Notes: a model not told the origin generated them from the sequence alone. Shown: positions 28,819 through 38,531, numbered from the stretch's first letter. The stretch is 57,416 bases of DNA from an uncultured Flavobacterium sp. (GCA_964485385.1 CAZAJH010000001.1:1-57416); one strand, 5' to 3'. Numbers and translations are program-made.

Positions 28819-30072
28819 CTAATTGATTATGTCTAACGAACTTGCGGTGCCTTTTCCGATAACTCTATCGTAACGTTGGTTATTTTCGCGGTAATAAACT
28901 AGTGCAAAGTAATTGTTTTCGGTTTGGAAAAAATTTCCGTCTATGGCATTCTCCTCGTCGATGTTGCCGTTTTTGTCGGCAATAACATAGCGGTAATTGG
29001 TAAACCCTTGTTTGATCATTAAGGCTTTTTCGAATAAACCTTTTTTACTGTTGTATTCAAGCTTATTTTCTTCGGTCAATGCATAGTTGTTGAACATGCC
29101 TACGATGTAAATGTCCTTATTTTCATAAAAGGCTGGAGCATCAAGCGAAAAGTAAATCCAAGCATAGTCGGCCTCTATTTCGTAGTTTTGTGAGTTCAGG
29201 TTATTGACTAAAAAATTTCCATTGATGTCGGGCCAATACGTGTATGGTTGGTTGGCTCTCGGACTGCCCGGAAACAAATAAAAGTTATATAATCCGCCAT
29301 TGGTATCAACACGGGCAATGCTGTTGTTGGCCGCTCTGATGTTTTTATTCTCGAAGAAAAGGTATTCATTGCCGCCCCAAAATTGAGTTTCCCTATCGTA
29401 TTTATATATTAAATCATTGCCAACGGTAAACATCGGTTTGATATTTTGGATGGCTTGGTTTATTTTACCATTTTGGAAAAGTAAAACTTTCACATTTTGC
29501 AGCGGACTTTGGAAGGTAATTGTAGTTGATTTGACAGCAAAATCGATGTTGTGTTTGTATTGCAATTGACGCACATCACGGGCTCTTTTTACTTGCATTG
29601 GTACCGAAACCAAATCCTCATAAAGTATAAATTTGCGCGAAAAAACAACATCGCGGTCATCGTTTAATATAGTGATCATATAGTTTCCACTTACTTTCAA
29701 CTGCGTGAATTGGTTGGGAAAACTTACTTTGTAGTGCGAGTAAATTTGCAACGCATTAAACGAGTTCATGTAGTTGATAATGCGCTGCTCGTCGAAGCCT
29801 GTTAGGTATTCATTTCTGGTTAATTGAGACGGTTTCCAGTCGTAGTCGCAGTGCGTAATTCGGTAATAGTAGTCTTCTTCGTCGCCATGCAAATCGTCAA
29901 ATTGTAATTCGAAACTATCACCTAACCGAAACAAAGCAATCGCATTTTGACCATTTTGTACAAAAGAAATGGTTTTGATATGAAAAGGAGGGAGCACTTC
30001 TTTCATCTCCTGAGCATAGTGGCTACAAAAGGAGAGAAGTAAGCAAAGTAGGAGGAGTGTATTTTTTTTCAT
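28819..30072 (-). CDS. T9SS plug protein (DUF5103)
   Basis: Signal peptide; FDDLHG...YYRITHCDYDW, SFN..QIYSHY, VSGNY, KQGFTNY, DGNFFQTEN.Y, YDRVIG. Confidence 0.85.
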   Translation of the reverse strand: MKKNTLLLLCLLLSFCSHYAQEMKEVLPPFHIKTISFVQNGQNAIALFRLGDSFELQFDDLHGDEEDYYYRITHCDYDWKPSQLTRNEYLTGFDEQRIINYMNSFNALQIYSHYKVSFPNQFTQLKVSGNYMITILNDDRDVVFSRKFILYEDLVSVPMQVKRARDVRQLQYKHNIDFAVKSTTITFQSPLQNVKVLLFQNGKINQAIQNIKPMFTVGNDLIYKYDRETQFWGGNEYLFFENKNIRAANNSIARVDTNGGLYNFYLFPGSPRANQPYTYWPDINGNFLVNNLNSQNYEIEADYAWIYFSLDAPAFYENKDIYIVGMFNNYALTEENKLEYNSKKGLFEKALMIKQGFTNYRYVIADKNGNIDEENAIDGNFFQTENNYFALVYYRENNQRYDRVIGKGTASSLDIIN

Positions 30073-30132
30073 GATAATTGAATCTGAACGATAAAGATAC
30101 TAAATTATTATTTATCACGAATTATGCCAAGA

Positions 30133-30966
30133 TTATTTGAAGCATACCGGAATGATTTCTCCTTTTGCTAAACAGTATTTTTCGACTAACTCGGGAGCAA
30201 TTTTAGCAGTGTAGTCTTCTTCGGTTACAGTAAAACCAATACTTCGTAGTTTTTCAAAATAATCCCTACCATATACACGAACGTGGTCGTATTGACCAAA
30301 AATTTTGGCACGTTCTTTTTCGTCGGTAATACTGTCGTCAGCAAAAGTGGTGGCTCTCGATAAATCTTGCGGAATTTGAAAAATGCCCATTCCACCGGGT
30401 TTTAAAACGCGATACAATTCCTGCATGGCCTTGGTATCATCGGGAATGTGTTCCAAAACGTGATTGCAAAAAATAACATCATACGTATTATCTGCAAAAG
30501 GTAAATGGCAAATATCTGCTTTTACATCGGCTAATGGAGAGAGCAAATCGGTAGTTATATAATCGATGTTGGTTTGTTTTTTGAACCGTTTGTAAAACTC
30601 TTGTTCGGGGGCAAAATGCAGCACTTTTAATACTGCATTTGTTTCAGAATTTCTTAACGTAATACTTTTATTTTGTTTGATGGAAGAATCTGAATCGGGT
30701 TCAGATTGAAAAAAATCGGTTTCATTTTGTAAAAACAACCACAATAAGCGGTGTCTTTCTAAGGAAAGCGTACTGGGAGAGAGCACATTATTGCGTTGGG
30801 TTCCGTAGCCATAGGGCAAAAACATTCGGAAACTTTTTCCATCAATCGGATCCGTAAATCGATTGCCTTGTAACAAAAAAGCTAGAATTGGTCGCACCAC
30901 AATACTCAACCGAATCAAAAGGGGTCGAGGAATAGTATTAAGGATAAACTTGAATATTTTTTTCAT
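30133..30966 (-). CDS. Class I SAM-dependent methyltransferase
   Basis: LSLERHRLLWL, VLHFAPE, CNHVLEHIPDD, LKPGG, FGQYDHVRVYG. Confidence 0.9.
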   Translation of the reverse strand: MKKIFKFILNTIPRPLLIRLSIVVRPILAFLLQGNRFTDPIDGKSFRMFLPYGYGTQRNNVLSPSTLSLERHRLLWLFLQNETDFFQSEPDSDSSIKQNKSITLRNSETNAVLKVLHFAPEQEFYKRFKKQTNIDYITTDLLSPLADVKADICHLPFADNTYDVIFCNHVLEHIPDDTKAMQELYRVLKPGGMGIFQIPQDLSRATTFADDSITDEKERAKIFGQYDHVRVYGRDYFEKLRSIGFTVTEEDYTAKIAPELVEKYCLAKGEIIPVCFK

Positions 30967-30969
30967 TTT

Positions 30970-31791
30970 CTACTTAATGACTAAAGGCTTTTTTCTAAAC
31001 GCATCTTCCTCATTACTCACAATTCCAAGCGCATCGTAAATGTATTGAAAAGTCGATAAAATCTCAGGTTTCCCATCAATCAAAGCTACATCGTGTTCAA
31101 AGTGCGCACTGGGTTTGCCATCAGCAGTCAAAATCGTCCAACCGTCTTTGAGTTGCTTGATGTTTTTCGTTCCCATATTGATCATCGGCTCTATCGCTAC
31201 CACCATGCCTTCTACAAACAATTTTCCTCTTCCTTTTTTGCCGTAGTTGGGCATTTCGGGCTCTTCGTGCATTTTTCTACCCAATCCATGACCTACCAAT
31301 TCGCGAACTACACCATAACCGTGACTTTCACAGTATTTTTGAATGGCATTGCCCACATCTTCCACACGATTTCCAGCACGAAATTCTCGAATGCCTACAT
31401 ACAAACTTTCTTTGGTTACCTGTAGTAGTTTTTTTACTTCGGGAGCTACTTCTCCAATTTCAAAACTATAAGCATGATCGCCATAAAAACCATTTTTCAA
31501 AACCCCACAATCTACAGAAATCACATCGCCTTCTTCCAAAGGTTTTGCGTTTGGAATACCATGAACCACTTGTGCGTTTGGACTTACACATAGCGTATTC
31601 GGAAAGCCATATAGTCCTAAAAACCCAGGTTCAGCACCGTGATCGCGAATGAACTCTTCGGCCACTTTGTCGAGTTCCAGTGTGGTTACTCCAGGACGAA
31701 TTATTTTAGCAATTTCTCCTAATGTCTTAGAAACCAGTAAGGCACTTTCGCGCATTAATTCGATTTCTTCTCGTGTTTTTGGGATAATCAT
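30970..31791 (-). CDS. map: Methionine aminopeptidase type I
   Basis: VVHGIP, SVDCG, GDHA, LVGHG, HEEP, AIEPM, SAHFEH; start taken at MIIPKT. Confidence 0.97.
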   Translation of the reverse strand: MIIPKTREEIELMRESALLVSKTLGEIAKIIRPGVTTLELDKVAEEFIRDHGAEPGFLGLYGFPNTLCVSPNAQVVHGIPNAKPLEEGDVISVDCGVLKNGFYGDHAYSFEIGEVAPEVKKLLQVTKESLYVGIREFRAGNRVEDVGNAIQKYCESHGYGVVRELVGHGLGRKMHEEPEMPNYGKKGRGKLFVEGMVVAIEPMINMGTKNIKQLKDGWTILTADGKPSAHFEHDVALIDGKPEILSTFQYIYDALGIVSNEEDAFRKKPLVIK

Positions 31792-31944
31792 TGTTTTAAA
31801 TTGAGACCGCAAAATTAGTGAAAAGTGTTCAGTTTTGCATCACCCATTTCATTTGTTTTTTATAATTGGGGATTTTCCCATTTATGAGTTTTATCATATT
31901 TTAACCGGGTGGGACGGTCTAACTTTGCACCAAAATAGTTAGGT

Positions 31945-33219
31945 ATGAGTAAATATGTTTCTGCAGCTGAAGCTGTACAAGTTGTAAAATCAGGCGATCG
32001 AGTGTATCTTCAAGCCGCTGCTGCCGCGCCCACCCTTTTAGCCAATGCGTTGACTGAAAGAGCCAATGAGTTGCGCAATGTTGAAATCTGTCATTTGCAT
32101 GTTGAAGGCGAAGCGCGGTATGCGAATCCTGAATTGGCAGCTAGTTTTCATGTTAATTCGTTTTTTATAGGAGCCAATGTAAGGCACACATTAAAGGCAG
32201 GAAATGGTTCGTATACGCCTGTTTTTTTGAGTGAGTTACCTCATTTGTTTCGCAAAAATGTATTGCCTTTGGATGTGGCCTTCATACATGTTTCGCCTCC
32301 AGATGGTCATGGGTATTGTTCGCTAGGCGTTTCGGTAGAAGCTACTGTGGCGGCTATCGAAAATGCCAAAATTGTCATAGCGCAAGTCAATCCCAATATG
32401 CCGCGTACGTTTGGCGACGGTATTCTCCATTTTTCCGAAATTGATTATTTGGTTGATGTTGATGTACCTATTTACGGACATGAACCTGCTCCATTTACCG
32501 CCGAAGAAGACAAAATAGGGGGCTATATCGCTTCTTTAATTGACGATAAAAGTACATTGCAAATGGGAATTGGTTCGATACCGAATGCTGCACTCAGTAA
32601 GTTAACCAACCACAAAGATTTGGGTTTGCATACCGAGATGTTTTCGGATGGTGTAATCGATTTGATCGAAAAAGATGTGATCAATTGCAATTACAAAGGC
32701 ACGTTGCGCGGACGTGTGTTAGCCACTTTTTTGATGGGTTCCAAACGACTGTATGACTACGTAAACGACAATCCGTTTTTTGAAATGAAAGAATCTTCAA
32801 TGGTCAACGATACGGCACGAATTCGTAAAAATCCTAAAATGGTTGCCATCAATTCGGCTATTGAAGTAGACGTTACTGGCCAAGTTTGCGCCGATTCGAT
32901 TGGGCCACACTTGTACTCTGGAGTTGGAGGCCAAATGGATTTCATACGAGGTGCTTCGCTCAGTGCGGGCGGCAAGGCTATAATTGCGTTGCCCTCTGTT
33001 ACTAGGCGTGGCGAGAGTCGTATTGTTCCATTTTTAAAACAAGGCGCAGGCGTAGTAAGCACAAGAGCTCATGTGCATTACATTATCACCGAAAACGGAA
33101 TAGCCGATCTATACGGCAAAACGCTCAAACAACGTGTAGCCGAAATGGTCAAAATCGCTCATCCCAATCATCAGGAAACCATTGATAAGCAATACTATGA
33201 AATGCTGAATACTTTTTAG
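31945..33219 (+). CDS. Acetyl-CoA hydrolase / 4-hydroxybutyrate CoA-transferase family protein
   Basis: LQMGIGSIPNA, LGLHTEMFSDG, YSGVGGQMDF, ITENG. Confidence 0.93.
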   Translation: MSKYVSAAEAVQVVKSGDRVYLQAAAAAPTLLANALTERANELRNVEICHLHVEGEARYANPELAASFHVNSFFIGANVRHTLKAGNGSYTPVFLSELPHLFRKNVLPLDVAFIHVSPPDGHGYCSLGVSVEATVAAIENAKIVIAQVNPNMPRTFGDGILHFSEIDYLVDVDVPIYGHEPAPFTAEEDKIGGYIASLIDDKSTLQMGIGSIPNAALSKLTNHKDLGLHTEMFSDGVIDLIEKDVINCNYKGTLRGRVLATFLMGSKRLYDYVNDNPFFEMKESSMVNDTARIRKNPKMVAINSAIEVDVTGQVCADSIGPHLYSGVGGQMDFIRGASLSAGGKAIIALPSVTRRGESRIVPFLKQGAGVVSTRAHVHYIITENGIADLYGKTLKQRVAEMVKIAHPNHQETIDKQYYEMLNTF

Positions 33220-33326
33220 GAGCGAATGGCTAGTGCTTTCTTGCCTTCCTTGTTCCTGCTGTTCGCTTCAATAAAAAATGCTTTTAAAGACCAAGCATTT
33301 TTATTTCCGCTGCCATCAGGGCTAGG
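33220..33326 (-). repeat. Flavo-1-like repeat, uninterrupted copy
   Basis: Minus strand CTAGCCCTGATGGCAGCGG-[AATAAAAATGCTT...AAGCATTTTTTATT stem]-GAAGCGAACAGCAGGAA...GCCATTCGCT. Confidence 0.7.
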
Positions 33327-33359
33327 GAAGCAACGTCTTTTGCAAAAAAAACCAAGAAA

Positions 33360-33944
33360 TCAGATTTTGATGTGACCCCAGTTTTCTCCGCTTTTAATGC
33401 GTCTAATTTGCATCTCACTCACACCAAATTGTTTGGCAATCATTTTAAGACGTGTTTTTTGATTGGGTTTGGCTAGCAACTTTTTGATCAACATTACTTT
33501 GGTAACAGTCAGTTTTTTACCGTCGGATTTAATATTGTGCTCAATCAAGTTTTTCTTCGCTTGAATCACAAATGGACTGTTGCGGTAAAATTCCATTGCT
33601 TCTTCTTTCGTTGCCCAACGCAAATTGCGGTAATCGTCGTTGTCTCTCACGCGGTCCAAATGCAACACTTGAATTTGATTTTCAGTTGGCGGTGGTAAAA
33701 AATACTGAGCCACTAATTTGTAAAAAAAGTAGGTTTTATTGATTACCTCTCCATTGCGTACTAGTTTGTAGCGAAACATTCGGTAACCATCTGCGGTACT
33801 ACCTTTTAATAACCGTCCTGTTTTGATGTCGTCGGTAAAACTTACTAATCGACCTCGATTGGAAATAGCGTAGCGAAAAGTGAGCTTGTCTTCAAGTTCG
33901 AGCTCTTTGAATTCCTCGCCTGGAAAAATTTTAACAGTGTTCAT
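33360..33944 (-). CDS. NUMOD4/HNH-type endonuclease-like protein with C-terminal HTH
   Basis: YAISNRGR (NUMOD4-like), KLVAQYF...QVLHLDRVRDNDDYRNLRWAT (HNH_3-like), IAKQFGVSEMQIRRIKSGENW HTH. Confidence 0.75.
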   Translation of the reverse strand: MNTVKIFPGEEFKELELEDKLTFRYAISNRGRLVSFTDDIKTGRLLKGSTADGYRMFRYKLVRNGEVINKTYFFYKLVAQYFLPPPTENQIQVLHLDRVRDNDDYRNLRWATKEEAMEFYRNSPFVIQAKKNLIEHNIKSDGKKLTVTKVMLIKKLLAKPNQKTRLKMIAKQFGVSEMQIRRIKSGENWGHIKI

Positions 33945-34040
33945 TACTAATGTTTTTAATCATTCACAATAGCAACAATTCGTTTAAAGCGAGTGCTTTA
34001 AACAAGAAAGTTACATAGATAAAATAAGTCAGTTCTAAGG

Positions 34041-34048
34041 CAAATATA
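34041..34048 (-). promoter_or_regulatory. -7 box for the HNH gene
   Basis: CAAATATA on plus equals TATATTTG on minus. Confidence 0.5.
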
Positions 34049-34058
34049 CAAATTTTTT

Positions 34059-35441
34059 TTAATCTGGATTCGCCATGATTTTGAAGAGTTCGGCATTCGA
34101 ATTGAAGTAACGATTTTCGAGGCTAAGTCGCGATAATTGCGCCATAACTAGGTTGTTTTCGCGCGAGTTGATGATAAATAAAGAGCTTTCACCAAAAGAA
34201 AACAATCGTTCTTCAGCGTTCAACATAGTTGTGTAATCGTCTACCAAATTAGTGATGATATTTCGTTGTTTTATGAGCGCTTCAATTTCAGTTTGTTGAG
34301 CAGTAATTTTATTGGTCAATTGGAGTTTTTGTAAATTCAACTCAAATTGGGTGTCTTGTATTTTAAATTGTGTCATCTTAAGACTTCCTCGCTCTTTGCG
34401 TAAAAAAATAGGAAAACTAAAGTTAACTCCCACTTTGTAGTTATTGAAGTCCGTATTACTAAATGCGTTCGGTTCAGATAGGTAATGGTAACCCAGATCA
34501 ATTTTGGGCAATAATTGATTGGCTTTGAGCTTTCGTTCAACTTCTAAAATACCAATTTTACTCTCTAAGGCATCAATTTTGGGGTGATTTTCTATTGATG
34601 GATTGGCTAGCATTAAATCATTGGTTCGCAGTGTTTCTTTGATGGTTAGTTCCAAATTTTCTTCAGGAATAATTGTGTCTTGAAGTTCCAACGGAATATT
34701 GTTTTCTAACCATAAAAAAGTTTCTAGCTCTAGTTTGGATTTGGCCAATTTGAGTAGTGATTCCTCGAGATTTAGTTTTCGGTTGCGAACAGTAATTCCG
34801 GCTTCAACACTGTCAATAGAGGGTTTGTCGCCATTTTTGATAAGTTGCGATACACCTTCAAAACGAACCATTGCATTTTGCAAATAGGTTTGATAAAGTT
34901 TGACTTCTTCATAAGATCTTTTCCAGTTGAAATAGGCCAGCGATGCTTCGTACAAAACTTCAGTAGCTTGTAGTTTGCGTTCGGCTTCGCCAAGTTGCAG
35001 CTGAATTTTGGATTTTCGCAAATCGGCCATGCGTTGGTTTATCAACAATCCCTGACCAAGAGGTACATTTATGCCAAGCGAAGTTAGCCCTTGATTGGGT
35101 AAGGTATTTTGCGGATTGACATAAATTCCCTCGCTGTTGTCAAAACCAGCTTTGATTTCGATACCGTACCAAGTTGGAATTTTAAAACTGCTGTTCAAAA
35201 GCGAAAAATATTCTTTGTCTTTGAATTGTTTTTGGTCAAAATCGACTTCAATTTTTGGATCAAATCCACCTCTGGCCATCATTAAATTGGCTTGGGCAGC
35301 ACTCACTTTTAAGTTGGCACTTTTAACCAAAGGGTGAAATTTTTTAACATATCCCAAATACTCATTGTAAGTAAGCACATTGGGAGATTGCGCCGAAATC
35401 CAGGTGGTGAACAATAGAAAGAAAAGTACTTTGAAATTCAT
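34059..35441 (-). CDS. TolC family outer-membrane channel
   Basis: Signal peptide, HPLVKSA, ARGGFDPK, two OEP repeats, E..F..GES..F..NSRE. Confidence 0.92.
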   Translation of the reverse strand: MNFKVLFFLLFTTWISAQSPNVLTYNEYLGYVKKFHPLVKSANLKVSAAQANLMMARGGFDPKIEVDFDQKQFKDKEYFSLLNSSFKIPTWYGIEIKAGFDNSEGIYVNPQNTLPNQGLTSLGINVPLGQGLLINQRMADLRKSKIQLQLGEAERKLQATEVLYEASLAYFNWKRSYEEVKLYQTYLQNAMVRFEGVSQLIKNGDKPSIDSVEAGITVRNRKLNLEESLLKLAKSKLELETFLWLENNIPLELQDTIIPEENLELTIKETLRTNDLMLANPSIENHPKIDALESKIGILEVERKLKANQLLPKIDLGYHYLSEPNAFSNTDFNNYKVGVNFSFPIFLRKERGSLKMTQFKIQDTQFELNLQKLQLTNKITAQQTEIEALIKQRNIITNLVDDYTTMLNAEERLFSFGESSLFIINSRENNLVMAQLSRLSLENRYFNSNAELFKIMANPD

Positions 35442-35514
35442 TTTTTGTTACATTTAATCTGTTTTCTAGTAGTGACAGGCTTTATTATGGATTGCCTTGG
35501 TCGCTCTTAAAAAA

Positions 35515-36861
35515 TCATTTTTTTTCTCCTGCTGATTTGGTTTTGGGTTGATAAAAGTTTGGTGGGAAACCGTTTAATGTTCGCCATATTTCAAACCAAA
35601 CGGGCACGTTGTCTAGCAATGCCAACGTTTGTGCACCCGAACCAACACTGACTTGTTTGGGCCAGGGTTCATCCTCAGGATCTGGAGCAATGAGTACCCT
35701 AAACTTGCCGTTGTCACTGATGAAATTCTCTACAGCTACAATTTGACCACCAAAGGTTCCGTAACTCATATTGGGCCAACCCGAGAAAACGATAGTAGGC
35801 CATCCATCAAACCAAACTCGTACTTTTTCACCTTTGTGGACAAGAGGTAAATCGGTAGGAGAAACAAAAGTTTCAACCGCAATATCGTAGCGAGCTGGCA
35901 TGATACTCACAATTTGAGTTCCCTCTTTGATTGTTTCACCAATACCTGATTGTAACGCGCGGTTTACATATCCATCTTGAGGCGCTTTGATGTAGTACAA
36001 ACCATTGCGAATTTGATAATTGACATATTGACTTTGTAATTTGTTTACCTGCGCCTCCGTATCGTATTGACTACTTAGCGCTGTATACTGATCACTTTTA
36101 GCTTTTGTAGCCTTTTCGGCGTATTCAGCACCAATACGATTTACTTCTACTTTGGCATTAATTAATTCGTTTTTGCTTGCCAACAACTTGTTTTCTTGTG
36201 TGATGATTTTGGCCTCTACTTCTTGTAATTTAAGGCGTTTTTCTTCCACGTCGGTCAATGGTTTTAATCCCTCTTTATTAAGGGCCACAGCACGATTGAA
36301 CTGAGTAGTGGCAATTTTTATCTGGGTTTTTACCGCTTCCAAATCCATGCTATCGCTTTTTACCTTAAGTACACCTTGCCTGATTTTATTTTGAGCTTGT
36401 TCCAATTTCAGGTTCCGCTCACTTTCAATGGCGGCTATTTGTGAAGACAAAGTAGTTACTTTACTTCCGTAAGACTGCACAGCCATTTTTTTGGCATCAA
36501 CCTGACTTTTGGTGTTGTTTACCAAATTGGGATCAAAATACTCTTCTTTGATTTCGGAAATAAACAAGATTGTATCGCCTTTTCTAACAAAATCACCTTC
36601 TTTTACATACCATTTTTCGATTCTACCTGCTATGGCAGAATGAATGGTTTGAGGACGTTGATCGGGTTTTAGCGTGGTTACTGCTCCCGAACCTGAGATG
36701 TTTTGTGTCCAAGGTAAAAAGAAAATAATCAATACCACAATCGTTACAGTAACAATGATTTTGTTCAGTATTTTGTAATGAGGCCGGTGGGTTAAATTAC
36801 GTACTGAACTAAATTGGTCAATATTTTCGGTAATCGGATTTTCTTTAGAAATATTCAACAT
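35515..36861 (-). CDS. HlyD family membrane-fusion protein
   Basis: N-terminal TM, LPWTQNISG.G, GRIEKWYVKEGDFVRKGD lipoyl-like half, long coiled coil, IKAPQDG. Confidence 0.93.
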   Translation of the reverse strand: MLNISKENPITENIDQFSSVRNLTHRPHYKILNKIIVTVTIVVLIIFFLPWTQNISGSGAVTTLKPDQRPQTIHSAIAGRIEKWYVKEGDFVRKGDTILFISEIKEEYFDPNLVNNTKSQVDAKKMAVQSYGSKVTTLSSQIAAIESERNLKLEQAQNKIRQGVLKVKSDSMDLEAVKTQIKIATTQFNRAVALNKEGLKPLTDVEEKRLKLQEVEAKIITQENKLLASKNELINAKVEVNRIGAEYAEKATKAKSDQYTALSSQYDTEAQVNKLQSQYVNYQIRNGLYYIKAPQDGYVNRALQSGIGETIKEGTQIVSIMPARYDIAVETFVSPTDLPLVHKGEKVRVWFDGWPTIVFSGWPNMSYGTFGGQIVAVENFISDNGKFRVLIAPDPEDEPWPKQVSVGSGAQTLALLDNVPVWFEIWRTLNGFPPNFYQPKTKSAGEKK

Positions 36862-36863
36862 GA

Positions 36864-38531
36864 TTATTGTGCTTTAGAGTCGTAACTAATTTTTCCTTCA
36901 TTCATTATGATGTTGCGTGAGCATTTTTGTTTCCAGTACTCGTTTTTAGAGGAAACAATAACCGTCCATTTGTGTTGTTTATCCGTAATAAAGTCAATGA
37001 TTTCTCGTGCTGCATCTTCATCCATTTTGTCAAGAGGGTCTTCATAGAATAGAATTCTTGGTTTGTTGATAATGCTTCGAGCCAACAAAATTTTCTGCGC
37101 GTTGGATGATGACAATTGCTTTCCTTCTGGGAAAATTTTAGTGTCCAATCCCTCAGGTAGCGATTTAATAAAATCACTAAGTTTTACGCTATCAATGGCC
37201 CATTTGATTTCTTCATGGGGAACATTTGGGTTGTTAAAAGTAAGGTTTTCTAAAATAGTTCCTTCAAAAGGAGTTTCACCAGTAATTATGGTGCCAATGT
37301 GCGTACGGTATTGCGTTAAATCAATTTTTCTGTACGTATCATCATTGATAAAAAACGAGCCGGAACTCGGTTGTAACAAGCCTGACAAAATTCGAATTAG
37401 AGTGGTTTTACCCGAACCGTTGTTTCCTTCCAAATAAATTTTCTCAGCGGGTTCAATTTTAAGATTGATTTTATCAATTACATAATCGCTAGAATCGGGG
37501 AATTTGAAACGTAAGTTTTCTGCCTCAAGACTAATATTGGTAAAACAGTATTCAATTGCTTTTGCGTTTGAATTTTCAATTTGCAAATCGACAATTTGAC
37601 CAATTTTTTCCACAGAAGTAATAACATCATACAAGCTTTCTAGACCTACAATAATTTTTTCTACCGAATTGATAACCAAAAGAATAATTATTTCGGCTGC
37701 CACAAACTGACCAATATTCATTTTTTGATTCAGTACCAAATAGCCACCAATGAGTAGTAAACTTGCCGTAATGATGACTTTAAAAACAATTAATTGGGTA
37801 AATTGTCTTTTGATAACACTAAAATGTTTTTCCCGGTAATGAAGGTATTCTTCAACGAGTATGTTATTTTTTGACAATGCAAATTCAAATTGTTCTTTTT
37901 TACGGAAACTAAAATTATTTCGGGCAATTTCTTGCAACCAACTCACCACTTTATACTTGAATTTCGACTCTTTTAAACTGGTTGAAAGTCCCGAGCCATA
38001 TGAAAATTTAAAAATAGAGTAGAGTAGAACAAGTAATAAAAAACCAAAAATGATAAAAAAGGGATGGTAGAGTGACAACAAAATTATACCAAAAATGATT
38101 TGCAAAAGTGCTGATGAAAAGTCAATCAAGAGTTTTGAAGTTCCTTTTTGAATGGTAAGGGTATCAAAGAAACGATTGGCTAATTCGGGTGGATATTGGT
38201 TGTACAATTCCTCAAATTTAATTTTTGGCAAACGATAGGCAAATTCAAAAGAGGAGCGAACAAAGATCTTTTGCTGTAAATTTTCTGTTATTCGCAACTG
38301 CATGAGCGACAAAATACCCACTAATGCCACTCCCAAAACCACTATAAATACCAGTACAATCCACGAGATACTTACTCTTCCTGATTGTATTAAATTGATA
38401 ATGGCTTGAATTCCAAGTGGTAAAGACAAACTCACCAATCCAGCAAAAATAGCGTAGAAAATAATTTGTGAAATGTCTTTTTTATCAAGTTTGAGTAAAC
38501 TGAATAAGCGTTGTAATGGAGTTTGTATCAT
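36864..38531 (-). CDS. ABC exporter (TMD+NBD) with degenerate ATPase motifs
   Basis: 6-TM ABC membrane domain, GQFVAAE, Walker A GNNGSGKT; signature LSSSN, Walker B ILFYED, no switch His. Confidence 0.9.
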   Translation of the reverse strand: MIQTPLQRLFSLLKLDKKDISQIIFYAIFAGLVSLSLPLGIQAIINLIQSGRVSISWIVLVFIVVLGVALVGILSLMQLRITENLQQKIFVRSSFEFAYRLPKIKFEELYNQYPPELANRFFDTLTIQKGTSKLLIDFSSALLQIIFGIILLSLYHPFFIIFGFLLLVLLYSIFKFSYGSGLSTSLKESKFKYKVVSWLQEIARNNFSFRKKEQFEFALSKNNILVEEYLHYREKHFSVIKRQFTQLIVFKVIITASLLLIGGYLVLNQKMNIGQFVAAEIIILLVINSVEKIIVGLESLYDVITSVEKIGQIVDLQIENSNAKAIEYCFTNISLEAENLRFKFPDSSDYVIDKINLKIEPAEKIYLEGNNGSGKTTLIRILSGLLQPSSGSFFINDDTYRKIDLTQYRTHIGTIITGETPFEGTILENLTFNNPNVPHEEIKWAIDSVKLSDFIKSLPEGLDTKIFPEGKQLSSSNAQKILLARSIINKPRILFYEDPLDKMDEDAAREIIDFITDKQHKWTVIVSSKNEYWKQKCSRNIIMNEGKISYDSKAQ

